This document shows positions 26,549-38,621 of a stretch of 64,000 nucleotides of DNA, one piece after another. This DNA is from Phyllobates terribilis. Lineage: Eukaryota. Below the pieces are notes generated by a model, which was not told the origin of the DNA, searched no databases, and saw only the letters and a program-made list of their open reading frames with translations. The position numbers and the translations under genes are program-made. Within the stretch, counting starts at the first letter, position 1. Each line of letters starts with the position of its first letter. The stretch covers positions 284,394,001 through 284,458,000 of the forward strand of contig NW_027362767.1 of NCBI RefSeq assembly GCF_046119375.1, read 5' to 3'.

Positions 26549-28683
26549 CAGTATATAACACACACATCAGCATATAAGCATATAGTACACATAACATATA
26601 CACACAACACTATCCAACACACACATTAGATTATAACACACATTAGTATATAACACACATCAGTATATAACACTTAGGCACAGCAGTATTTTTCAGTGAC
26701 AGTTTTACCCAGTGTTTTACAATTTAGTACATAATTATACATTTTATTTCCTCTGCCCCAATGTTTGAGCATTTATCTACATTAAACTTAAATTGCTATT
26801 TTTCAGCCTAAGCCTCAAGCTTACATAAATCTCTCTGTAATATTAAATTATCATACTCTGTGTTAATTACCTTGCAGAGTTTAGAATAATCTGAAAATAT
26901 TGAAATTCTTCTGTGTATATCCTTCATTTATTTATTATTATTTATTAGGTCATTAATAAATATGTTTAAAAGAAGAGGGCCCAATACTGACCCTTTTTAC
27001 TCCTCATTGTTAAGTAGGACCCAATTCAAGTGTTCTCCATTAATAATACGTGCCTATTTGCAAATAGAGGGCTGTGTATAGTCCACAATTTTGCATGTCC
27101 AATTAAACAATATATGGAAGAATTACATAAAGTATTAAGATACACAGTAGTTTGATATTAAACTTGTTAACAATGCACTGACATTTTAATAAATAAATTT
27201 AATAGATCTTGGAATAAAAATAAGCTCCACAATTGGAAGCGTTAGAAAAAAATGTTCCCGTGCTGAGATAATCTTAGAAATATGCCCTTGCTATTTACTG
27301 TTTAATGGAGCTGTGGTATGATCAGACCATGTTCCTGTACAGTCAGACACAGCCATTACACAGTACACAGCAGGGGCACATTTATAAGATTATCTCAGCA
27401 CAGGAACATTTTATTTAAACACATCCAATTGTGGAACTTATTATTATTCAAATATCTATTGATTAAAATGTTAATTCAAATTAACTTTGTACATGGGAAA
27501 ACCTTTATATTGAAGGATTAATGGTATAATCACTGTGAAATCTGCGAGGGGACTTTGACTACTAAAAGAAGCAGTCAATTAGCATGTTTAACAAATGCTT
27601 GTTGTTAACATATCACATACCCTTAGCACTTGCTGCCTCATTCCCTCCAGAGGTATAGGGAGCATATTTCTGTAATTGTGTCATTCTATAATGATGTAAT
27701 GCAGTCACTCCATTTTTCAGGACATTTTACATGTCCTTAAAATTTCAAGAATTATGATTTGCACTGTGAGGTTTTGTTTCCACTAGTGTTTTAGCTTTAC
27801 CTTGATTATTCAAGGGATTTTTAGAGTTAATTTTTAAAGAGAAACTATCACACATTCATGCTGCCCTTTCGGAGTTATAAACCAGCAACTTGAAGGGTTT
27901 TTCTAGAGCCAAAAAGAAAGGAGTGACATAACCCATATTGTCATGGAGTCATGGGGGTGCTGCTATCAATGCATTACAAACTGCACAAGTAATCAATTGC
28001 TAAAGGGCAAAGCACACAACAAATAATGAAGAATAAATCAAGATATTGACACATCTTTGTTGCAAAAAGAATAATGTACATTAAGGACAAAGCTTAAAAT
28101 CACTTAAAAAGCACCATATTTGGATGAAATATAGACTCTGTGGTAATGGTAATAGTAAACCCACCACATCCACAAAACGTCTCCAATATACAAATATGTA
28201 TAATATAGTGACACCCTGATACAAAGTAAAAGCCCAAATACAGACTATTATTATTATTATTATTATTATTAGCATTAGAGTATATACAGTACCAAATTAA
28301 TAACACATAATTAAAGTTACCAAAAAATAACCAAAAGATTAAATAATATAGACAAGTATTAAAAATAGGAAAGATGAGTACAAAAGTTCGGTTGCACCCC
28401 CTACATTTTAACTTTATAGTTCTTTATTGTATAGCAAATACAAAAACCTAGACAAGACAAATAAAAACAATTTAAAATGTGCATATTGTGCCAGAACCTC
28501 TTTCCTAGACTAAAAGCTGGCACAGGGATACAACCCATACGTCTGACATGATAACCAATAGAGCCATGGAAATATAATGATAGCTGAACTCCGTATAAAT
28601 AGACACTACCCCTAAAGTGAGGTCAAATAGTATTCAGTAGTGATGAGAGGTGCAATGCACTCATACAGATACCAATGTTCATG

Positions 28684-29360
28684 TGTAAGGGTGGTGGACT
28701 GTACTATTGCGTTCCTTCCTCTGAAGATACCAATTGTGTTGTATTGTAGTGTAAACTATATTTAAGGTATATATTGTGTAGTTATTTGATTTTATGTGAC
28801 TTGCAATGTATTGTGATATAGAGTGTGATATGGTAATGCATAGTGTATAGTTAATGTAAAGATAATGTTAAATGTAATAGTGTAAAGCATAGTATAGCCC
28901 AGGTATATAGTATAGGGCTTAGGACAAATAATAGGCTGATTAAAGTAGCTGACAGTAGTTAGACATTGACTTTAGGGAAAGGTAAGAGTTAATGTTGGGA
29001 ACTAGCCCACAGTGGGAGGGGCTAGGTAGGAAGGCAGTAAGGAACTTCCTGATAGTTAGATAGGGCCAAGGTCAAGTTGGTGTAGGAAGCAAGAGCTGGA
29101 CAGCAAGGAAACTACATGGTGTTCAGGTCAGTACGAGTCCTTACTATTATTCCCTGGGCGAATATACTCTTGTAACATCTGGAGCTCAAAGTTCGATTAT
29201 AGTGCTATGGAGAGCATTTTAACCCCTTCCTTACATAAGAAGATTGACGTGGAAACGAGTGTAGAAGAAGTAATGGACTTTGGACCTACTGTGGGACTGT
29301 GCTGGGAATCCCTGGGACTGACAAAAGCAGGGCCGGCAGGGATAGTCCAGGTAAAATGGA
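28684..29360. mobile_element. LTR fragment related to the solo LTR at 42066-43074
   Basis: Shares start TGTAAGG.TGGTGGACTGT and internal AGAGTTAATGTT.GG.ACTAGCCCA.AGTGGGAGG; right end and TSD not found. Confidence 0.55.
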
Positions 29361-30183
29361 AGCAGAAAACACAGAATTTTATTAAAAAGTGCTCCAGCAT
29401 TGGTATTTTATGGAAACTGCAGATATTATCTAAATGAGAGATGTCATATGAGATAATAGATGCTTTTTGTTAACTCATTCATCCATCTATAATTGAAAGC
29501 CCAGGAAATCTATTGTACAATGCCAGGTTTGAGAAGATAAGTCTAGTAGACTGCTCCTCTGTGACTTTCTTTGCCATGCTCAGTGTGAAGTGTCACCTTC
29601 CTTATTACTAACTTTATTGTTAACTTTTTCTCCCACAGACAAGGCAGCATGAACATTAACTTTAATCCATAACATATTTCTGAAAACATTGAATCGCATA
29701 AGACCTCTAAATATTAGGAGACATTTTAACGTTCATTGTCCTCTTGATAGTTTCATGGTTTATGGATGAAATTTGGGGTATTTAGATGGGGTTCAGAGGT
29801 AGCAATTGCACAAGAACGCTGGTGACTGAGGAGACCCAATAGTCCCTTTGTCAATCCAGTAGCTATGAGGTCCTTGTACAGATGTTACAATGGGCACCAG
29901 GAGTTTTATGTTCTGCCTATGACTGCAATTAACTAGGCCTTGTTCACATCATGTTATTAGCCTATATATGAGGTCTATGTCAGAGTAGAAATACTGATAT
30001 AAACCTCTTCACAAAAGATTGTCTACTGCAATAATTCCTACATTTTTGGGAAGATAATGAAGTACACAGGCCAGTTGGACGTTAAAAGGAAACTCTTTTG
30101 GCTTCTGTCTGGCGATGGAAGCCTATTGACACATTTAGTGTGTAGATTGGAGGCATTCCAAACCAAATGGATTTTAATTTTTA

Positions 30184-30546
30184 TGGTCCGTTTACATGGA
30201 TCGGCCAGTGGCACATAACAACTGACGATCGGTAAACGTTTACCGATTGGCGGTCTCTCAATGCATGTTTACACAGATAGACCAAAGTAAACAAAGCACA
30301 CTGAGCAATCTGTAACAGATCGCTCTTTGCCCATGGTCTGCCATGGCTCTCGGCAGTGTGAGTCTTGTTTAGATAGACCACTGAGAACGATGATGTTTTA
30401 TGCTGCATTATAGATCATTTCACCAGGTGAAAGAGCATTTTGGTCATTCATCGGGTGATCAGCAGCCTGTTTACATGGCAAGATAATTGTGAAACAAGAG
30501 TTTTTAACATCGCTCATTCACGATTATCTTCCAGTGTAAATGACCC
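30184..30546. mobile_element. PIF/Harbinger-type MITE
   Basis: TTA at both ends; imperfect TIR TGGTCCGTTTACA / TGTAAATGACCC. Confidence 0.55.
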
Positions 30547-30549
30547 TTA

Positions 30550-30769
30550 GGCCACGGCCCCACTATCAGTATTTGATCAGTATTCGGTCAGTTTTTTTTC
30601 TCAGGAGTGGGATCCAAATCCAGGAGTGGGTGATAAATGCAGAATTTGTGCACTTGTTTCTTTTCTTTTATACCTTTTCTCTGATTCTTTCTCACCTGGT
30701 TTTGGCTACCACTCCTGTGAAAAAATACTGACCTAATACTGGCCAAATACTGATAGTGGGGCCAAGGCC
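30550..30769. mobile_element. PIF/Harbinger-type palindromic MITE
   Basis: TTA TSD; TIR GGCCACGGCCCCACTATCAGTATTTG; second copy at 43657-43859. Confidence 0.8.
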
Positions 30770-30773
30770 TTAA

Positions 30774-31085
30774 AGCACCACTCCAGCATTTTTTGTTTTT
30801 TTTCAGCACTGGAGTGATGCTTAAGGTCTCCTACTTTCAAGGCCGCAAGACCAGAGCATCTTGTGACTGCAGCTTCTGACTGTCCGGAAGCCAGAAATTA
30901 CGTGACAAGCACTCAGTGCAAGTCTATGAGAGCCAGAGCAAGGCTCTTATAGACTTGTATTGAGTTGTGTCCTACAGCTCACTCCATCAAATGGAGGCAG
31001 GTGATTATAGGAGTAGTGTCAGGGACCTTAGATTAGAAGCGCCACTCCAGTGGTAAAATTAAAAAAAAAACACTGGAGTGGTGCT
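30774..31085. mobile_element. TTAA-flanked MITE, same family as 2048-2463
   Basis: TTAA at 30770-30773 and 31086-31089; TIR AGCACCACTCCAG. Confidence 0.8.
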
Positions 31086-31699
31086 TTAAGAGGTGACATC
31101 ACTGTAGCTATTCATTTATTTTAGTGCATTCCACTTATTACCCGCTATGCATTTTCCATTTATTTTCCCACACTGAAAAATAAAGACTTTCTTTACTTTA
31201 AGACAGCAGACAAGTTAACTTTTAGGCAGAGCTCTCATTACACAGCCCTTTTCCTTCCAGAAAGATTTACAGTAATTTGCAAAGTCTCCTTTCCCTGGAG
31301 ATTTCCAAAGCCTTTACTTAGCTCAGTGGCTGCGCAATCATCAGCCTGTGAATAAGTAGCCCCTAGCTCCGTCTCACACCGTGCATGAAATAAAATGTTA
31401 TTTTATTTCATTACTACATGGTTTGGAGCTCAGTGCTTATCTTACAGACCACAACCTGACACCGAGGAGCGATGCCCTGAACATGGAAACACACTACTGT
31501 CTATAGTGATTATGGTTATCATGAAAGTCACTGTCAAGTTAGGAAGACCTTAGGCAAATCGCAAGCATTGTGACCTGGAGCTTCAGGTAGCAATAAGTAC
31601 GAAAGGTGGAGGATAGCCATCTTCTCTGGTGAAATAACAAGTTATGCAATAATTGAAGCCTGTGGGGCATGGTGCAAGCTGAGCAGTGGGTTAAATCTA

Positions 31700-32000
31700 T
31701 CACAATGTGTGGATTAAACACGCACAATTCACAAAGGTATTAATCAGGCATGGACTAAGTAGGTTAATTAGTTGTTATCAGATTTCCTTTTTTGATCGTA
31801 AGCTTCTTGGGCTAGGAATTAATTGCATGTGATTATATGGAAATGAAAGTGTGTTATTCTAATCAGGTTACCATCAGATAATCCATGACTGCAGTGGGTT
31901 TTCTTCTCCCGATCTTAAATTAGAGTTATCTATTAATAAACCTTCTCCTGAAATAATCCTTAGCTCAAGCTCCCTGGGAGGGGGAGTTATTAAAAGGCAG
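31700..32000 (+). promoter_or_regulatory. Candidate promoter with clustered K50-homeodomain (Otx/Crx-type) sites and a TATA-like box
   Basis: GGATTA 31711, TAATCA 31741 and 31860, TAATCC 31879 and 31954, TATTAAAA ~31988; repeat-free sequence followed by a CpG-retaining segment. Confidence 0.4.
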
Positions 32001-32009
32001 ACATAGCAG

Positions 32010-32239
32010 ACAGCAGCCGCGGGCTAATAACCCCCGTGTCACTACGGCCGCTGTGCTGAATTCAACCCATAACAGACTGTCTGACTTTGAGAAGCCGCTG
32101 ATACTGCTGGAAATAATGGGGTTATTTTTCCTCCGTCACTGTCCCTGCGGCCAGTTTAGATGGTAGAGAGAAAACTGATCAGGATGCTGCAGTGATATAG
32201 TATCGCACGTCAGGCTCTATTGTTACACAGGCATTGAAG
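32010..32239 (+). other. Candidate non-coding first exon
   Basis: Follows the TATA-like box; only short uORFs; ends at consensus donor AAG|GTAAGT (intron starts 32240); start approximate. Confidence 0.35.
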
Positions 32240-33807
32240 GTAAGTAAGGCTCCATTAATGTGTTAAATAGCCTAGCCACGTACACAGAAATCCACACTGG
32301 ACCAGAAGAGTGAATGGAACAAAACACTTCAGGGACATTTTAATCAAAGAAAAAAATCTTCACTATATACTGATAAGACAGAAAGCTAGACATAAAAGTA
32401 GCAGACGTAATCCCTGTCCCAGAGAGCCTACAATTCTACTTATATTTTATAATCCAATTATAAGGCAATAGGGAGGAACAAAAAGAAGAGAGAGTTAACT
32501 CTTCAAATTTCCCATTCTTGAAGCTCAATAATACAGCTCCGTGAAAGGGGGTTGTCGATAGCTAGAACCAATTAATGGGGTAAAATAACATTTATCCCAA
32601 ACTTTAAAGAGTGATTCTTATTGAGCTATTAATTATTTCTGATATGAACATTGTAGATGCAGACCATGCAGGTCTGAAACATGTTGCCTGGGAGTACAGA
32701 GGATATTTCTTTTCTGTCTTTTTAATTTTTGTGCTGTTGTGTTCAACCATTTTTTGTGCCCTTTATACTACTGGATCAATAAAGGAATTCTTTTAAGAAG
32801 ATGTGAGTGCCGGCTATTTGTTTGGACTGTTGAATATTTACATTGTAGATTGCCAAACTATTCCATGTAACCCCATAAGGACACGGCCTATCGTACCCCA
32901 AAGTACTTATCTTTTATATCTTGGCACTATAGAGATGATATCATTTTACTTTTGTAGCTGTAAGAGGTCACATTTTGGTAAAACCTTATTTTTAGAAGAA
33001 TTTTAACTTTTAATTTATTTGATTTTGAAAATGTAGAAATAAATGAAATAGATGAAAAATAGTAAATTTCACAAATGAATAAGTTGTTAAAACTAATTTA
33101 AGTTTCATAGCAGATATTGAGATTCTGAATTTATGTATGTAATTTATTGAATGTGACCTATACTTAATAAACTTATACATACATTTCTACGTATGATTTG
33201 TGGTGGTACCAATTAGGGTTTGAGAAAAGTCCAAGTGGAACACAACATGAGAATTGTCTGACATATAGTAAAATCTTCACTGATTCATTTTCAAGCCTGT
33301 GTCCAAAGTTCTTCTTTATACTACGAGTTTTGGGATCCTACTTTTGCAGCTGCAAACACAAAAGGTCTGAAGAGCAAGTGACCACCTAGAAAGTCAGGCC
33401 CCAGAAAAATCATGTTCGAAGTACAATGCCGCAAGAAAACTCTTGACGTCCTCTTGTTTTATTTTAACGTGCTCTGTAACTTTTACCCACTCTTACTTTA
33501 ACCTACTTTTCTTGCACTAAAGCAAATTCGCCATCGACACTTGAAAGGACAATCATAGTATGTACAGATTCAGTAAGAATTACAGAAAGACCTAAAATTC
33601 TTACATTCTTTTTATGAACTATTTTTTATATATGTTGTTCATGTCTCAGATTCCTAGAGCTGCTCACCAGTGCATTAAGTGGTGTTTGTCACTGTGTAGA
33701 GAGGTGATTCCTTTGCCAAGGTTTGGGATTGTCCATTTGTCTATTTATTTATTATTATGTCATGCTAATATAGTGCTATCATATTCTTTGGGACTTTAAA
33801 GACATTA

Positions 33808-33997
33808 TCAGCACTGTCCCCATTGGAGCTCACAATCTACACTCCCTATCAATATGTCTTTGGAGTGTGCGAAGAAACCCACGCAAACATGGGGAGAACA
33901 TACAAACTCCTTGCAGATGTTGTCCTTAGTGGGATTTGAACCCATGAGCCCAGCGCTGCAAAGCTGCTGTGCTAACCACTGAGCCACCAAGCTGCCC
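33808..33997 (-). mobile_element. tRNA-derived SINE (V-SINE-like)
   Basis: Minus-strand A box GGTGGCTCAGTGGTTAG, B box GGGTTCAAATCCC, core GAGTTTGTATGTTCTCCCC. Confidence 0.85.
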
Positions 33998-34000
33998 ATG

Positions 34001-34002
34001 TA

Positions 34003-34036
<34 letters not shown>

Positions 34037-34290
34037 GTGCCATGAAATTCCATGGTGCTTTACATGTGAGAAGGGGTATACATAATAAATACAAGTTCAA
34101 TAATCTTGAACAATACAAGTCGCCGACTGGTACAGGAGAAGAGAGGACCCTGCCGGCGAGGGTTCACAGTCTACAATGGATGAGTGAGGGTAAACATGGG
34201 GAGAACATACAAACTCCTTGGAGTGGGATTTGAACCCAGGACCCCAGTGCTGCACAGCAACAGTGCTAACTACTGAGAATCCATGATGCC
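34001..34290 (-). mobile_element. tRNA-derived SINE with (ATA)n tail
   Basis: (TAT)n tail at 34001-34035; B box GGGTTCAAATCCC; partially deleted core. Confidence 0.75.
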
Positions 34291-35815
34291 ATCTTTTGTA
34301 GTTACAGAGACAAGGCTTAGGTGTTACAAGTCACATTATATACTATGATCCGGAACACATATCAGATCTATAAACTGTCCACTTCAAATAGATTGTTTTC
34401 CAACGAAACAATTAACCCTGTTCTGCTCTGTTTTGAGGCTCCGTTGCAGAACAGACAACTATACAGAGCAAAATAAAGTATAAGTATCATACTGTGTTAT
34501 TTTGTCTGGTAAAAGAATGGACACCATAACGGAAACCCTACTCAACCCATTATCGTTAATGAGGTCTACCGAGTGCTGCTGGTGTCCATCATGTAACAAA
34601 TCTATCACTTCTGCTACTTATGTTCTTGTTCTCATATACTAGAGCAGAACTTAGAGATGAGGCATTGAGCAGAGCCTATATTATGATCACTGAAATTAAC
34701 CCCATGCCATAATTCTATATGATGTGCGACACTGCAGACTTTATTCGAGCCCCGCAGGTTTGCTTCTTCCTTTTTACACACCACAAGCTGTCTGTAAAAG
34801 ATCCAACAAAGTGGAGATCATTGCTGCTGACACATCTTGGGGCCATGGTTTTAATTGGAACCTGGGGAATGCCATACTGCACAAAATGTACCATGATCAT
34901 TAACCCCCTGGTTTCCTCAAAGGTCTTGGGGTTCTTTATATACAAATCAGACATTCAGAGAAGGGGTTCACAGGAGACAAAGAAATTAAGTCAATGTTTT
35001 GCAGCACTGAAAGGGTGACAGCATATAAGCATGCCTTGATATATTCTTACTCAAACCCGCTCCTTATACATCTGGCTATGTCCCAGTTTGTCTCAGACCG
35101 CCTGCTCCGGAGCTTTTCTGAGCTGCATTGATTTACATGTCTTTTGCATTCTAACATCTCTTCTGTCCCTCCTTACGGCACCACAAAACCACCCAGCAGA
35201 AACACAAACGATATCCAAGAAGTGAAAGTAAGTGATGCTTAGCCAGCTTGTGCCACTTTCCAACCTCATGCCACACTATGTCCTTGTTTCCTCAGGAAAA
35301 ATCATTTTTCACTCAGTCTTTTTGGCCTAAGGGGAACTCACGTTCTGTCATAGTAACCTTCTGCTTCACCTTCCTGTCCCTTCCAAGCACATCACTAAAT
35401 CCCGCTAGTTATTTGCTGGATTCTAAAAATCTAAATGTATTATCATTTTTCTTGGGTTAAAGCGGTTGTGGGTATTTCTGTAATGTATGCCCGGCTTAAG
35501 AATAGAAAGTCACAGTCACCGTCTTTTTTTGCAGAAATATAATTCTTCAATCTACAGTCAAACTAAAATCCAAAGCACATTACACAACAGTAATTGAAAG
35601 TGCTGATAATTTATGATCACATGCGCCGACAAAAAGATGTTCTTAATGAAATACGATTTTAGAATAGCCTGAAAGGATATGAAATCTATGTCTTCTCTGA
35701 GGAAACAGATTTGCACCAATAATCTGCAATTTTCTGGTTTTTAGAGCTCATGCAGAGGAGCATGTAAATCGGATGTGTGCTATCCGATTTTTAATTTGAC
35801 ATTACACTGACCCAT

Positions 35816-36498
35816 TGTTAGTAATCATGGTTCTGCGCTCCCACTTGGGAATGGAACAGGTTCAGTGCTACACTTCGGTCACAGATGCTGCCATTGTCCT
35901 GACCCAAGAAGCGTCCGAATCTTATGAAGCATCACGTTCTGGTGTTGTATGATGTGTGAGGATGCGTGACGCAGTGTCTCTCACTGATTTCCCCGGTTGC
36001 CAGGCAATGCTGGACGCTGCTTTGTCTGGCACTAAGCAGTGGTGGAATTATATTCATTCTGCTGTGCAAGCTAGCAGGGATTGGCTATCTGGAGATGATC
36101 ATTAGACGGGCTATTTAATCCTGCTCCCTGCTCAGTGCTTTGCTGTTTATTGCAGTTCCTATGTGCTGTGGTGGTGAGTGGTGCTAGCATTAGTGTTGCT
36201 ATCTTTTCAGGGATTTTCTCATTTTCTCTTCTGGTTACACTTCCTGGGGCTCTTGCAGAGGTACTCACCTGGATCTTGACTAGGTATCGACCGCGTCACC
36301 AGATGCCAGCTGTCCAGCAACAGAGGCTTGGGAATGGCTCTGCCAAAGTCCCCTTTCCATTTACTGGGAGCTGGGTGAAGAGTATTCCTGGCCCTCAAGG
36401 GCTTGCCTAGCTGGGCAGCTCGTGCCAAGTGCGTCTGTGGCTGTGCCTTTGCTGGTTTGGTGCCAGTTTTGCTGAGTCCCTCTGCAAAGTGCATAACA
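35816..36498 (+). mobile_element. Solo LTR, 683 bp
   Basis: TGTTA...TAACA termini; 5-bp TSD CCCAT (35811-35815, 36499-36503); CTATTTAA TATA-like motif near 36110. Confidence 0.8.
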
Positions 36499-38268
36499 CC
36501 CATGTTATTCAATAGGGCTGGTCAGATAAATTATTTTTTTCTCAGTCCGAGTGTCCAAGAGAAAAAAAATCACAGCATTCACTTTTTTCATCCGAGTCTC
36601 CAGTCTATGGATGCAAGAAATAAATCAGATGCCACATGAATCATCAGCGCAGCATCCGATTTTTATGGATAGATTTTTATTTTAAATCTAGGAAACTGTG
36701 TGTGATCATGTACATGTTTTAATGTAGTTGTATGAAAATGAATCGCATATGGATGGCACATGGATGTAAAAAAAAATGGACACACAGATAACACATGGAT
36801 GAGAATAAGAAAACAATTGTCCGAGTTTTCTGGATGAAACTCAGATGATTTTTCATACATACGTCTGCAGGCATCCTTCGTTTAATAAATTTGCGTAGTC
36901 ACTTTTTCCATATTGTCTTCAAATCCTAACTGTTGAAATGACATTTTGGAGCTAATTATGGTTCACAAGATGATTTACATAATTTAGAGTAGTCACAGTA
37001 TTGAGCTTAGTGTCACTCAATAAAGGCTGCAGATTTGGACTCGTCATCAGCATCATCATTTAAGAAAAGGTTTAATGGCTGACGCTTTTCAAGTATTCTT
37101 TGTGTACCCTAATATGTGATATACTACCCCCCCTTTTTAATGCATGATTTCTGAAGACATTTGTTCTTCATAACAATAGTTTCTATATTAAAAGTCCTAT
37201 CATCAGTATTCTTAGACCTTCTAACACAATCCTGGAGCACAGCTAGAGAAGACTGGCCCCCATAGTGAACTTTAGAAGGTCACTCCGTCATTCTCACCCC
37301 TGCCCAGATCAAACTCCAGACTAGACCACTAATCTCTTTACACTAAAGACCCCTAAATTATCAGACCCTCAACTGCAAAGATGGAAATGTCTGTTAATTC
37401 CTATACAAAACATAAAAAGAGGGAACTTTCTCCGTTGATTTTTTTAAGCCTTTACCGACATTGGACATACTTGTAGATGCAATGTTGGGACCCTGTCATT
37501 GATGTGGACTCAGGAGCTGTGCTTGCATCTTTCCTGGCAGATGATGTGTCATTCAGCTTCATCTGTTTGGAACATCCGCAGGTAGAGCCAAGCTCTGCTT
37601 GTTGCTGTTAACCTGTTATAAACCACTCTCAGTCCTTCACAGCAGCATTTTACACTGCTCAGCTTGAGGAAAGGTGCGGTTCTAAGCAGCCATCACTCAC
37701 CCCTCTCCTGTGATGTAATTGTGCGTTGCCAATGGATTGCCATAACATCCGGGGGGCTGCTGAACCCACCAGACCTGTAAAGATGGGACTTCTATGAAGT
37801 TTAGCCTGTGGCTGGTATCTGATCTCGGACCTCCTGACTACCCTGTCTGACTGCTTGCCCACTAAGAAGTGACTCAGACTCACAACAGCCCCGTAATTAT
37901 AGGCCCCCTTTCCCACAATGTTTTGATATAGGCCAATATCCGAACTTACGTTGTATGCCCTACGCTCCAAAAGTCATTGAACCTTATCTTCCATTTTTTA
38001 CTAGCTTCCTCACAGCTAGCACATTGAATATTTGGGTAAGTAGCAGCTACTTTGTCAGAATATTAACAAATTGTTAACAGTATGTGCCATCAAAGAATAG
38101 AGTATGTACTTTTCTCATCTTCTCTATGTCTGGCTTAATTAATTTAACTTTATTAGAAGGTAACGTTGACTGTAACTAAAGTTAGTTTCCATTCAAAAAG
38201 GTTATAGAAGAAGACATCATGGAGTAAAGACAACATATAATGTTTCTTTCTTTGAAACATTTCTTTAA

Positions 38269-38621
38269 AGAAGCACCCCCGTCAAAACTTTACCCTGCTA
38301 ATATATTGCAACCATCATATTATATAGCACTGTGTACTTACAATGGCTCATTTTGCCTTTCTACCAAGTTAATTATTTTTTTTCAATTAAGTCTATGATA
38401 TCACGTGATTAAATCTGACTAGCTGAGTCCTTCTAAGCTCTATGAAACAGGAAGTCTCTTTTCCCTGAATGAGTCATGAGTCACTGCAAAAGTCCCTGGC
38501 AGGGGAGAGCAGGGAGCAGCTGGGTCAGGAGTTGAAGAGGGGTATGAGTTATACAGTGCCATATAATATGATGACTGCAATATATTAAGAGGATAAAATC
38601 TTTGATGGGAGGAGTGCTTCT
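38269..38621. mobile_element. TTAA-flanked MITE
   Basis: TTAA at 38265-38268 and 38622-38625; TIR AGAAGCAC.CC. Confidence 0.75.

Noticed and set aside
25610-26680. ACACACAYCAGTATATA repeats as a structured array
   Set aside because: Simple degenerate ~17-bp minisatellite
33650-33720. Possible exon between CTCAG and AAG|GTTTGG
   Set aside because: Weak donor; expected by chance in this much sequence
33940-33997. A-box/B-box sequences as tRNA genes (also near 34230 and 44540)
   Set aside because: No cloverleaf; continuous with SINE core sequence
37659-37970. 103-aa minus-strand ORF
   Set aside because: No motif or compositional support; probably within an old repeat fragment
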